Positions 27,222-41,408 of a DNA stretch of 64,000 bases are shown piece after piece. The notes below the pieces were generated by a model. That model saw only the letters and a list, made by a program, of their open reading frames with translations, did no database searches and had not been told where the DNA came from. Made by a program: the position numbers and the translations under genes. The DNA is from Nageia nagi (taxonomy: Eukaryota > Plantae > Pinophyta), in NCBI GenBank assembly GCA_050084985.1, contig JBITNC010000001.1:118420001-118484000 (forward strand), read 5' to 3'. How positions within the stretch are numbered: position 1 is the first letter of the stretch; each line of letters opens with the position of its first letter.

Positions 27222-30200
27222 TGTAACGGTTCTAGCAGTAGGCAGCACCGATCAGCCTAGCGGAACAGCTGGAGACCATTCGGCATCCGTCTGGTCGTCT
27301 TGACCATCTCGAGAGGACATGGCTTGGACCATCAAACAGGCTTCCGTCTCATGCATCGATGGATTGGGCTAGCAGCATCCATACGAGATCGTCTAATCAG
27401 CCCTTGAGTATGCTCATCTGCCGGCCTAGCCTGCCACGGCTTTGGCCTAACATGGCTGGGTGAACCGCCCCACCTTAGGTACCGACGCATGGGAAGCACT
27501 TGATCAGTGCACACCTTCGAGCTTTGAGATGTGGGCTGGGAGACTAAGGCTATTAGCAACCCACCATGTTTGTCATCCCAGGCAAACCATGGATGTACAT
27601 CAACCAGACCGGCCTCCACCGCCCAGCAGAGCTTGCCCTCTCATATTCTCCCCCACTTAAACTAGTGGCGACCCAACACCAAGTAAGACAGGAAGATGCA
27701 AGTCCATGTGCTCCCCTTGTCTAGCCTATCGTGTTCAAGTATGTGCATAGAAGTCCTTGGGGGACCATGGCATTTGAACACCATCTTTGTCGAACAACTG
27801 ACCCACATGCAAAGCATCTCGGATAGTTGACATAGCCAGACTTGTCCAGCACTAAGGACTTAGCCTCAACCGATGATCATCTAGACTATCCCTTTAAGCC
27901 TATTATTCGAACTCATAATAGCATCGGCTAACACGAGGCTCTTAGTCACACTCACAACTTTTCCTAGTAACCTTAGCCATCCAAAGTGCAAACACTAAGA
28001 GTCATTTTCATCATTGGCTGACACAAATACTAGTTAAGATGGATCCATGCAAACATTACCTAAGGCACCATCTAGGCACTACCCAACTCAGGTCAACCTT
28101 TCCCCGCACTTGGTATCCTTGCCTTTCATGCACACAACTGACCCATTCGATGCGCTATGTCCAACACTAGCCAGAGCTTACATGGTTTCCCATGGGCTCA
28201 ATCTCTTATTGTGCATGACCCAAGGCATCACAAACCCAATTCGTTCCCTTGGCTTTTTAACCAACAAACTATGCCCATCACTTGGCATAGGAAATCACCC
28301 ATGGTTCCACTTTCAAGCCAGGTCCAATATGTGACTCTAGTGAGCACCATTGTTTCGATTAAGGCACGTTCTCATGGTGCCCGCTTAACCTTGGAATGTT
28401 TTGAGCATACACAACCACCAAAGGATTCGATGTATGTTGCATTTTTTTTTACAATGGGGACCTATTCAACTAAGACTGTTGCATCTCAAACATGGCCTAC
28501 TTAAGTCATGCCCATCCCATGAATCTAGCACCCATTCTAGTTGTGTGGGTGTGGCACCATTGTTACGACTACTTAGTGTCTCACTTTCCTTAGGCAACAC
28601 TTCTTGTCATGCACAGTTTAATTACCCTTTCAGCTTCGTAACTTCCAAGGCTATGTTCACCACTACCTCATAGACAGATATGTGGCAAGACTTAGGGTAA
28701 CAATAACCACTGCCTATTATAGCACACTTAACCTCAGAGGGAAGTGTCGACAAGACCCACCATCTAAGCACAAAAATGAGCAAGGAGGACCCTAAGTGAC
28801 AATCACCCCAATTTAGGCCCATGGTTCCTATCGGTAGCCATATACACAAGCACATGCACACCATGGTGATAACATTGTCTTGGCCCAACAGACCTCTAAG
28901 ACTACATCTCCCATGGATGATTTGTCACCATTGCCATCTCAGTGGATTTGTGCTCACCACATAGCCACTAGCCTTCATGCATCTGGGTTGATCAAGGGGT
29001 TTCCAATGATCAAGCCCACACTACCATGTTCTTAGCAATTCAACTCCTTGAATATCCACTTCAAGTAGATCCATCCCTACTAGGAACTGTATCACACAAA
29101 TTGATCTAGCCATAAGGCCTTCGCATGAGAGTCGACCCAACACATGACTAGTAATCGACTTCCATATCCAATACACAAACCATTTGACTGGAGGCACCTT
29201 ACATGGAATGCCCAAACTACATTTTGTAGTACACTCCTAGGTAGCCCAATCTCTTAGGCAACATAGTCAGCCCCAAGTTGCTCATTGGAATTCATCCCTC
29301 CAGACTCTTTGCCAACATGATCGGATCCAAGTCCATTGCTAGGTTTCCCCCCTTTGGACTCTTTGCCAACATAGCATGACAACCAGGTGTGAGTATTCCA
29401 TGCCCCATCTGGCACTCCACTCATCATTCCCTTCATTGATCCTTGGACACAACCAAGTTTCCCTTGGACACATTGGTAGGTTCCCAAGACATGGAGTTTG
29501 AGCTTTCCTTGCCACCAGCAACATGCTGCTCATTGACTCACATGCTAGATTATCACTAACCAAACCTATCTCATACTTATCTCAAGTCATTTCCTCAACA
29601 TTGTCCTTACCATCATGGTCTCCACCGAGTCGGCTAAGATGTCCTCTGAACTAGCTATGGTCATCCTACCCATGTCGATCATGGTTTCTCCCAAACCTTC
29701 CCTAACACCATCGAGTTGCCATGATTCATCTAAGGCACCACCATGTGGCATGACATGCATGTCAACCTTAAAAAAATTAACACCTATTGCAAAGAGGTTT
29801 TATCACCTTGGGATAGCTTGGGTGACTACCTAAATTTAGATGAAGGATGGGCTCTTAACCATCATAAACCAACAAAATACTCATATTTTAGGACATCTCT
29901 AGCTTAGCCAAGGAAAAATTGACTTGGGCTAAGTTAGATGGCTTACTAGAAGCCTTTAACATTCAGTCCAACTATGGGTTATTTTTGAGGACCTCCCATA
30001 TGCCTCTAACATCCCTAGTCCCTAGCTATGGTCTTATTTCAGCATCAAAAGGGACTAGATCGATCCCATCAAGGGCTCCTCCTTGCCAAAGCTAACTGAT
30101 GAGGATCCACATCTTAGGTCTCACTTACCCATGCTACTCTCCCTCTCATCGAGATGAGTGTTTAGCATCCCTCTCCTATGGACACTCAAAATTAGGCTTG

Positions 30201-32112
30201 ATGTAAGAATGACTACTACCCAACACCCACTCATGTCATGGGAAATTGTCAACCTCTTAGCTTAGGTGGCCTTGCACATATACCAAAATACCTCTCCTTT
30301 GTGCAAAGGATCGACAATGCAATTGGATCTTGGTGCCTAGCCAACTTAACCATTAATGACCTCAATCAACAATGCACACTGGGACCACTTGGTCCATAGC
30401 TTGGTGGATCATCCTCCAAGATTTTCTTGGAAACCTACTACAATCTCTTGGGCTTCACACCTACCTTATGACATGGAAATCCCCCTCAAAATGGTATGCC
30501 TCACTTAGGAACCCAACCAAACTTAGCCAATTTTACTTCACCACAAAAGGGTGCAAGGTTGGGCCATTACAAGGATAACCACCCCTCCTGAGCACTAATT
30601 AACCCAAAGAGACTAACCTCTCCAAGCCACCTTCATAGATCTATTTTTTGATACACCACCTCAACTAGCCATCCTTGCATAGTTTCAACACACTAACTTA
30701 ATCGATAATCTGTACACGTCTCCTAAGCACCACCTTGAACTCTCGAGTGAAGTTGATCACCCACCATGATGTTTGAACTCCTGTACTAAGTGTTAAGCTC
30801 CATGTGCACTTGGCAGCTCACACCACCCATGCATTATTTCCAAGTGACTTAGCTAAGAATTTGATGTGCCATCCCTATGGCTAACCTACATGTTTTTACC
30901 AAACTAATGTGCACCAAGGGGCCTCCATTATCTAGTGTGACTTCAAACACTACCCATTCTCTTATCCACAGGAAACGTGCATAGCTTCACTGACCAACCA
31001 AACTTGGCCTAATAGACTAATTGACTATGGGATGTAGTGAATACAAACTAACCCATCTCAACTTGGTCATGCGGGGTCTCGACGATGGTTCTCCACCTAG
31101 ACTCACTCGCCCATCTAATATTTTATGAAAATGGTAACAAATAAATTTCATCACACCTTGTGAGGTGTAGCTTGAACACATGACCTCATGCACCATTTAA
31201 CCAAACCATCATGTCAGCTTCATTCACCCCTTCAGCTTTGCAACCTTTGGGTTAGCATCCCATACTACTTATTTGATGAATCTGTATAGATACCTACAAG
31301 GCAACTAACTAAGGCACCAAATCCAGATGACATACATCCCAAGAGCACCTTGGGGGTAATGATCAATCATATTTGAGGGCATCATGTTGGACTATTTAAA
31401 TTGCTAAGGTCGGGCTACCAAGAAGGACCAACCTTGAGCCAACTCAATCATAATGTTCCATTCTTCAATATCCATTTCGAGCGTGACCCTTTATGCACTA
31501 GGGTAGGCCTTACTACCCATACTCGCACCACACTAAGGCAACTAGGGAAAATGTTATCCAATACTCAAAAGGAAACCAACCTTATCCTTGAGGTCTCAAC
31601 AAGCATGATAAACCTGAGCATAAGACCAAATGGTTTCTCAACCACTTAAGCATGAGCCATAGCCAGTTTGCACACCTAAGAGCTTTGATGCCAACTCTAA
31701 CAATTCCAACCATAGGAGGCATCGAATAGCCTAGGAAAATAGCTAGAGACCACTCAACACCCATCTAGTCACCATGATTGCCCCATGAGGACACGAACTA
31801 GACCACCAAATAGGCTTCCATCTCATGCATAGATGGACTAGGATAGCAACACCCATATAGGATTGCCTAACTAGCCCTTGAGTATGCTCATCCACCAACC
31901 TAACCTACCATGGCTTTGGCTCGACATGGCCTAGGTAAACTACCCCACCTTAGTCATTGATGTATGGGAATCACCCCATCAATGCACACCCTTCGGGCTT
32001 TGGGATGTGGGTTGGAAGACTAAGGCTATTAGTAGCCCACCATATCTATCATCCCCAGGCAAACCATGGATGCACACCAGTCAAACCAACCTCCGTTGCC
32101 CATCAAAACTTC
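27222..32112 (-). mobile_element. Ty3/Gypsy chromovirus-like LTR retrotransposon, internally deleted
   Basis: LTRs 27222-27643 and 31696-~32112 (right end clipped); PBS tggcatcaaagct (tRNA-iMet type) at 31681-31693 minus; PPT taagtgggggagaat at ~27645-27659 minus; RT remnant LDMEVDY*SC (LDL.S.Y.H) at ~29140-29170. Confidence 0.85.
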
Positions 32113-32373
32113 TAAGAATTAAAATGGATCTTAAAAAGAAAAGAGTTAATGAATAAGTTACTTTTTGTTGATATATGGTTCAACTTTTTATCATATTTAA
32201 AGTTAAATTTAATAATTTTTTTTTCATAATTAATAATAGTGGATGATAAATGATACAATAAATATGGTTTTAAGTATTTCATCAAATAATATTGGATGTT
32301 GTTCATACCTATGATTTTTATAGGACCTATGGAATCTAGTGCTAACTTGGCTTAATTCAAGTCTATTTATGGC

Positions 32374-35300
32374 TATTAGGATCTCATATCTTAATATTTA
32401 CTTATATTAATTAATTAATTGGATTATTGACATATATTAAAGTGTAAGGTGGACCACCATGGTTTGAAAGGCAAATCATCATATTGTAATGCATGATTGA
32501 TTAGGGTTAGGGTAGTAGGACTATAAATATGTGTAGGAGAGGAGTAGGTCCATTATATTAGACAATATATTATTTTGGGTTGTAAGGAGGTAGCCTTTTT
32601 GGGAGACCAAAACTTTGAGGATATGACTATGAGATTATGTATCAAAAGGGTAGTGATAATGTAGTCGTAAATGACCTTTCTCGAAAAATTTAGGAAACCT
32701 ATATAACTTCAAACCATCTTTTCTCCAATCCCTCAATGGTTCAACTAGGTTAAACAAGAATGACTTCATGATAGCTTTACCCAAATAGTGACTCAACAAT
32801 TGTAAATTGTTCCTACTAGTAAATATCATTTCTCTTGGTATGATGGGATTTTCTATTCAAGGGTTGTATTGCACTTCCTTCAAACTATTCATGTCATTAT
32901 TTAACACTTTAAGATTTGCACACAACTCCAAACACTTTGGGTTTCTAAAAACCTACAAGCGAATGATCTGATCCTCCTATTGACTAGGAATAAATAAGAT
33001 ATCAAGAAATTTGTATATGACTGTGATATTTATCAGTACCAAAAATATGATATTGTTGGTACCCGAGGCTTGCTTCAATCTCCACCCATACCAGTGCAAA
33101 CTTTGATGGGTATCTAAATGGATTTTATTAAGGACCTCCCCAAATCTTATGGGAAATCAATTATCATTGTGGGAGTGGATAAGAGTTCCAAGTATGCATA
33201 GTTTTTCCTATTTTTCCCACTATCTTTATCATATTTTCAAACTCGATGATATGCCTTTTACTATTATTAATGATTGCAATCCAAGATGGGTGCAAGAAGT
33301 TGGGTCCACTTTAAGGCCAAATGTGGAAATTTTTTCTTTGATTTTTAAATTTGGGTATGATTGATCTTAAGAATTGAAGTACTTAGACAAGGAATCATGA
33401 AAAAGGTCACTAGGTGAAAATGTAGTTCTCAGAGTCTAGTTTTCAAACATATAATTTGTTCCAATACCTAGATCATAGAATTTAAAATTCAATATGATGA
33501 ACAAAAATTGCTTTTTTAAAAAAAATGTTCTTAGACCATACCATGCACTTGTTTGACCATTATAATTTGAATAAAATCAAGGTATTTTTTAAAATCCTTT
33601 TCGAAAAAGATACTTAACACATTGGAGCTTATCCTGGATATTTTTTCATAATTTCTGATTTAATATTTTTTTATTAATTTTATACCAAGCATGTTTGTGG
33701 TTTCAAAAAGTGCTCATGTCTGTCCATCATAATTTGATCTAAACTTAATATTTTTTCAATTTTTTATTCTTATGGAGAATTTTATGAAACTTGTCCCTAT
33801 ATAATTTATTTTTCACAACTCCTCCAAAAACAAAACTTATTAGGAAAATATGAGACCCTCATATTTTAAGAATATGGACCACTTTTCATAAAAAATAATT
33901 AAAAAAAAAAAATCTTCTCCAATTGTAAAACAAATTACATATTTGAAATATATACTATTTAATCTATAGTAGAATTTATTTTCATGAAAAAATTCTTCTA
34001 AAAACTCCATCAAATGTATGCATGAAGTTTAAATTTTCTATTAAAATTACCACAAACATATACTTTCATGTCCAAAGTTAAGTGTTGGATCACCAAGCCT
34101 TTTTTTGAGCCTAAATATGAAGTAAAATTGTAGATTCAAATATTAGGATCTAGATATTAATGAATTAGAATTGTGGTCCCTATTTAGGTTCAAGATCTTG
34201 ATATTTGTAGGTATTTTAGTTTTAAATGTTGAGATCCCAAACCTAAATTGGGATCCCGATTTTTTCAACATCGAGTTTTTACTTCACTGATTTTCCCCAC
34301 TTCTCCTTTAAGTGGACCCAACTTCTTGCTTTCACCTCCAACCTTTACTACTAAATTATGGCAAAAATTTCTTCAAGCTATAAGGTACTAAGCTTAATAT
34401 GAGCTCAACTTATCACCCCTAGATAGATGATCAAATAGATATTATTAATAAGTACTTAGAGACATATCTCCATTATTTTGCTTTAGCCTAACCCATCCAC
34501 TAGGTTGAATGGCTTCCCTTAGTAAAATAGTGGTATCATACTTCATATTATACTCCTATCAAGATGACCAAAATTGAAGCATTGTATAGCCAAACCCCAA
34601 TTGCTTATGCCTCATATGTTCTTGATAGTACCAATGTTCAAGTAGTAGATGGCACCTTCACAAGTTGGGGCAACACACTTCACATACTTCATGGCAATCT
34701 ATAAGTGATTCAACATCGCATGAAATAATTATCTCATCAATAATGGATTGAGAGGGAATTCCAAGAAAGAGATATGGTCTTCCTACTATTCCAACCATAC
34801 CCAAAGACATCTCTCAAGATATAAAGATCCTAAAAGCTAGCTTAAAGGTTTCATGGTCCCTAAAAAATCCTCTAATGTATTAGACTTGTAGCATACAAAT
34901 TGGCCTTACTTGCATCTTCAAAGGTTCACCCTATCTTTCATGTATCTTGTCTTAAGAAGGTATTAGGCTCCCAATCCATAGTTTAGATTGAACTACTTGA
35001 ATTCATTGATGATGGCTCTATACTGGTTGAACCTGAGGTAGTTCTAGATTGACACATGTTTCATGTTCATAACTACACCATTACTGAAGTTCTTATCTTG
35101 TGGTATGGATTGGCACCAAAGGATGCCATTATGAGGTACTTTATTAGCTTTAGCAATAGTTTCTCAATTTTTATCTTTGAAGAAAAAGCTCTCTTTTAAG
35201 GAGGGGTTGCATGCTAGGATCCCATATCTTAATATTTACTTATATTAATACTTTATTAGCTTCAACAACAATTTCTCATTTTTTTTATCTTTGAATAAAA

Positions 35301-35713
35301 AACTCTCTTTTAAGGAGGGGTTGCATGTTACAATCCCATATCCTAACATTTACTTATATTAATTAATTAATTAGATTATCAATATATATTAAACTATATG
35401 GAGAACTTATATGGTTTGTAAGGCGAGTCACCATTTTGTAATGAACAACTGATTAGGGTTAGGGTAGTAAGAATAAAAATATGTGTAGGTGAGGAATAAA
35501 TATTATCTTAGAAAATATATTAGCTTGAGTTGTAATAAGGTATCCACCTTGAAGCAGCCTATGATTAATTTTTCTATTAGTAAGTTACTTTATTTTAATT
35601 TTGCTACTATTTTGAGTTGTATTATTATTTTGTTATCACTTGTATATGTTTGTAGTTCACATTTCTCTATTAATTGATTTAAATACTATATTAGATCTTT
35701 TGGGTTCCTAACA
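32374..35713 (+). mobile_element. Ty3/Gypsy chromovirus, deleted for gag-RT; integrase + chromodomain
   Basis: 5' LTR from 32374 fused to RNase H end (YQKGSDNVV..DLSR); integrase GLLQSPPIP..MDFIKDLP, HPIFHVSCLKK; chromodomain EVLILWYGLAPKDA; PPT aaggaggggttgca duplicated (~35195 and ~35310); 3' LTR ends ..cctaaca at 35713; TSD atggc/atggt. Confidence 0.85.
33285..34336. mobile_element. non-autonomous TIR DNA transposon nested in the Gypsy integrase
   Basis: TIR gcaagaagttgggtccactt..agg at both ends; flanked by tccaa (33280-33284, 34337-34341); removing it restores the integrase motif DCNPTFTTKLW. Confidence 0.85.
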
Positions 35714-36040
35714 ATGGTGGCCTTGGTCTTACTTTCAAGTTTTTTTTTTCTAAATTCTTATTCTCATATAGGATCTAAGGTTGGAGATCCATGTGAGTTG
35801 CCCTAACAATTCTTACCAAGGAAAATGTTAGTGGCTAACCAATAGCCAAATAGCTAAAATTCAAGATTTCAAATTTTATATTTGGCTATTAAGGCACGTT
35901 CTACATCTGACATATTCACCTTGAAGTTTATTGACTTTTTTTAAATTTTATGGAATAATATATCAACATTTAGAATAGGTTTGACCCGTTATACACCCTA
36001 AAATCATAAATTAAAAAAGTATCACCCACATAATCATCCA

Positions 36041-36075
<35 letters not shown>

Positions 36076-36091
36076 ATATATATATTATATA
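36041..36091. repeat. (TA)n microsatellite
   Basis: direct reading. Confidence 0.95.
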
Positions 36092-38418
36092 TGTGACTTA
36101 ACTATCCTTTACTAAATTAAAGATCTATAACTATTATTAAAAATCATCTTTTGACATAAAGAATTACTTTTAATTTCATAGTTATTATCATTTTATATAA
36201 AAAGAAGGACCATAATATAAAAAGCCAACATATACAATTAAAGGAATCATTCAATATAGACTTGAATATATTCACCTTATATTTATCATGTTTAGCCCCT
36301 TTTGTAACAAGGGTAACAAGTTTTAAAATTGATCGCCCTATTTTTTAATAAGTTTCAAGATTGATCGCCTTCACATTAAAAGATATTTTTTTAGAAGGGA
36401 TCTTAAAATTTCCTCTAATTCTTACTTCAACAAAGTTTATATAAAACACTAACTCTTTCTCCCAAATCACCTTGTAGTTTGATCTATGTTTTTGAGTAAA
36501 TATTAGACACCTAAATGCTTATATCAATTTTGTGTAAATAAGTCAACATATAGACTCTTCTTGGTTTAGCTAGTATCAATTAATACCTCCTTTCTATGAA
36601 TGAATAATTGGCTACTAGTGGTTTACTACTTAAGTGCAATAAATTATACTTGCAATAATCCTTATTTATAACCTTTAAGTTGTAATCCCACTACTTTGAT
36701 CAAAGTATGCTACCCTTACAGTTTGATGAATTTTATGTTTTGAGGAGTAACCTTAGTTTTTCTTATTGATCTATTTATTTAAACCACTAGTAGGTAAGAT
36801 AGAAATTATTTAGATTTCATCATTCTATTGATTGATTCTAGGTAGTGTGGTACATAGATATTATGTATATATGACTATTTATTTATTTATTTATGGTTGT
36901 GTTTTTACAACTAACATCTTAATTTTCAGTAAATTACAATACTAAACCTTTATTCAATTGCATTACATGTTGAACCCTTATTTTGGTCTAGAATTTAATA
37001 TATGAGAGAATTCATTTCATTTTTCTTTATTAGATGTTCTTTATAAAAACATTAACACTATTTAAGGTATAATTATACCCTCATATCCCTAAACAATTTC
37101 GTAAGTTAAGAAATGAACTCATTTTTTTCCATCATTAAATACACACTTATGAAAGTAATCCTTTTATAATTATATTTCAAGATTGTATAATTCATGACTA
37201 GCGTTGTCATTCCTTGATGAACATAAATAATCTTATTTAATAAGTTTCATTGAGATTCATTTGTGTTAAACTAAGAAGGAAATTAGTCATTCATGATAGT
37301 GATTTTTATCAAGTTACCAACAATTTTTATTCCATAAATTACCATATATAGAGCATTAGTTTGTATGCTGAAATAAATTCGTAATTAGAAATTAAAGAAA
37401 TTGAATTCTATCCTTGTATAAGCACATAGTTAAACTTATTCATTATAACTTGAAATCATTGAAATCCCATACACTATATACATTAGTAAGATGTCAAAAA
37501 TCACTCTATCATAGAAAATGGTTTCACAATACTATATGGAGTTATTTTAAATTATCATATTTATTTCATCGAGATCATACATATGATTTCTTCATCAAAA
37601 CTAAAGATATAATTCCTTTATCTTAAGACACGATTCATATAGAACATCAAATATTTACAAAACAAGATGTGCATCAATTCAAGTTACAAGGCAGTAGCTT
37701 CATATATGCGATATATTATTAATAATAAAAAAGAAAAGATGAAATAAAATAAAAATTACATGAAAGGTAATTCATACAAAATTAATAAACACAAAAATTA
37801 TAATGGTTTCGTCTCTTCATGGTACATGCACACTCAAATGATGGTTTTCATTAAATTATTCTTCTTGAAGTCATTAAATAATTTCATTAGGATATGAAAC
37901 AAGATCATTATTCCTTTTTATATAGGAAGCATCTAATTAACAACATTCAAAATTATCCTCTTCCATCTATATAATGAGGTTATCCTTAAAACAAACCAAT
38001 TTTTCCTTTTACTAATTTTAATTTCTTCCAAAAGAATAATTATCCAACATATCCAAAAATTATTTTAGAAGGGTAGATACTCAATTCATAAATATAATAA
38101 TGCAATTATGATAATAGTGTTCAATATTCCCTTGAAAATAATTATGCAACCTTCATGCGCTTTCCTCTTCTAAAGATTATCATTTGAATTCACCTCCTTT
38201 CAGTACATATAGAACATCCCATTCACATATGCAAAATGATGTATGATTTATCATTAATTATGATGTAATTTTTATTCGTATAGATGTGATACAAAGAGAT
38301 CTATATTCATGTAATTCTTGATTGATCGCACAATGCAAGTTGATTCTAAATCATGCTAAGAATGCAAACCAACCAATGATTATGTATTATTGTAGTCTAT
38401 AAATTATGTAAAATACAA

Positions 38419-38451
<33 letters not shown>

Positions 38452-41408
38452 AAGAATAAATATGTACAATATATCAGATAAAACAAATATGCATGAAACA
38501 TATGAACCTGATATGAAGTGTATGTACAATCTTCCAAGTAAATAGCAATTAATATTTGAAGGATTAGGATCATATTCATAGTGAATTCATAATTGATCTT
38601 CATGTACATGAATCAACAACTCCAGAATAGAAATATAAAATGCTTGATCTAGAAGAAACATGTCATTAATAGCATGGAACTGGTACAATGATGATGTATT
38701 CCAAAGATAGAAATTTTTAGAGCTCAAAGTATAACAATTTCTCATGATAGGTGGCATCAAAATACACTATAGCTTGATGAATATTATGGTAGAAAACCAC
38801 CTATCAGAAATCTTGTTATATCAAAGAGTTCCAATATGTAGAGGTCAACCTATTCCATTCACATATATAACCTACAAGGACATAGAAAGGATTGAAGCCC
38901 AACATATAGCAATAATATAATTATTATTATATTTAAGATACTTTAAAATATGAACCATTATAAATGATATAGCATCTAATATAACACATGGTATAGAATT
39001 GTAATATCAACTTTATCTTAACATTTGTAGTATTGTAATAAGTCATTTAGGAAGTCTAAATATGATTTATTAAAAAAATAATAAATCATTTTTAAGCATT
39101 TACATTTTGTGCCTCTTTGGATATGAAATGAAAAGCATTTAAATTATATAATCCAAAGAAGTTTAGAAAAGGGAAGAAAATTTTCAATAGTAAAGTGGAA
39201 TTCCATTTTTCAATCAATATGTTGATATATCTTCTTCCCCCTTTTGGTCTTACACTACCCCTTGCTCTAATTTCTTTGAAAAATAAAGCCAAAATTGGAG
39301 TTCCTATATGAGGAGAGCACCTCTATTCATGTTCTACTCTCCTAGATAATACCTTTTTTTACAACAATATAACATAATAACCATATGGATCACATTTCAT
39401 TAAATAATAACAAATTGAAAGAGCAAGGATGAAATAAGTATGATATCCATTGTATCACTACTGTTGTTGCGACTTGTAGTTCTATTTAACCCTAACATTT
39501 AGACTATTATTGTCACAACTCATAGCTTATGAAGATCAAGCTGATGAGGTCCTTTGATAACCCATTCTTGAAATAATCATGATTATCAAGTTGATGATGT
39601 GCTTTGATGTTCTAAGCTTGGAATAACCTATAGTTTATAAGAGATTTCTCTCATGGAATGAACATGGCCTTGAAAACATTTATTAGTATAACATTAAATT
39701 TTCATCCAAAATTAAGATAATATCATTTGATTTTTATAAAAAAAATACCAATTATTCAAATATTTATTGACCTTACATATCAATATTTCACCTTTGATCA
39801 AATTGAATTACTTGATTTTGTTAATTTTCAAAGAAAACCTATGTCATTGACAGAGTGAATTTCATACAATTTGGAAATCATGTGTTTTACAAATTTATTC
39901 TACATTCCCATTTCAGTACATATTTATGAAATAGAGGCATTTTCAAACAAATATTTGAGTATTTATAATATGCCTCATTTATAATAAATTTGTAGTAAAC
40001 ATACATCATTGACAGCATAAAATTGGGCATATCGGATCTGCAAACTTTAATGATATTCAATTGAAAGCAAGTAATAACTTTTTGCATCATAAAATCATGA
40101 AATAACATTTCCATATTGCATAATATTCTTCATATAAATAACAATTTGACTAATATTGAGCTTATATGCATTTTTTCTATGCATATTTCAAATAAATACA
40201 ACATGAACCATTTTGAACCTTAATAGCCATGATAGCACCATTATCCTTTGAAAGTATTGACAATTGCACTTTAAGCATGTCGTTGATAGTGTGAGATTGA
40301 TAAATTTAATTATTCAAAAAAAGCATCATATTTAATTGGTACTAAGAAATTGTAAATAAGATATTCAATACTTCATCAACATGCATCTATGCAAAAGTGA
40401 AAAATTTGCACATGTGGTTAATTAAATATAATTTTCCAAATTAATATCTCCATGTTTCCATCCTATAGCATCCATTTTATGCATCTAATTTCATCTAGTA
40501 AGACTAGAATTTCAATATAACACTTGAATCATTTGTTAATTTTTAATAAAACATGTTGTTAGCAACATCTATTCAGTATTAATATATATTAAAAATGGAA
40601 CATAGTCAATTTCCTTCCAAATGTATAATGTAAGATATGCATATTAAACTATTTATCATTTTGACTCATTATGCATTAAATTGCTCATTAATTTTACATT
40701 TTGAACATCATTGAAAGCATGAAATTAGCTAAATTTGTTTTTCAAAAAGAGATGAGTGCCATTTTAAATAATTTCCTACATTTTACCCTTGTAAGTCATC
40801 ATTTTTGAAGAATTAGAACTGAGACTTGAAAAGACCTACGTTTAAGCCAAGGTTAGGGAAAAAATAATATAAAAAGAGATTTTCATTGACTTTTCATCAT
40901 TTGGATTTTTATCTTTTTACTTTTGGGAGCTCTATGTGACATGTTCTTCCATCTTGGTGGCTCCATTTTTCCTTTTCACCTTTTAATTGGTTTATTTTGT
41001 TGATCTCCACCATTCGATTTGCCCTAAGTCATTAGATTTTTCTATTTCATCTGGGTGACTTGGGGGATCATGATTAGTGTGCAATATATAGGCCCCTATC
41101 TAGGTGATGAGGACATGTGGCCAAATCTCTACGTAGCCTCCCCTTTGAGCATGTAGTGAGATTTCATTTTCTTGTGTTTCTTTTATAAATTTTAATATTT
41201 TTAATTTTTCACCCATTTGAAATCATAGGGCTTCATTAGTTTCCCAGTTTGGTCGATTTAATTCTCCATTATTTCACCAATAAAGCATTTTATATTGAAT
41301 GCTTAGGATTTTACATAAAAATTATAAATTTTCATTGTAGTTTGATTCTATTCAAATATTAAAATTAATTTTATTGTTTATTTCTGCAAGATCGTAAGAT
41401 TAATATTA

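Noticed and set aside
30580-30595. ccctcctgagc, similar to a miR390/TAS3 target core
   Set aside because: Lies inside a retrotransposon, the rest of the site does not match, and no tasiR-ARF sequence was seen
27332-31764. Many GC-richer 60-115 aa ORFs in the ORF track
   Set aside because: All lie within a decayed LTR retrotransposon and are off-frame or antisense readings
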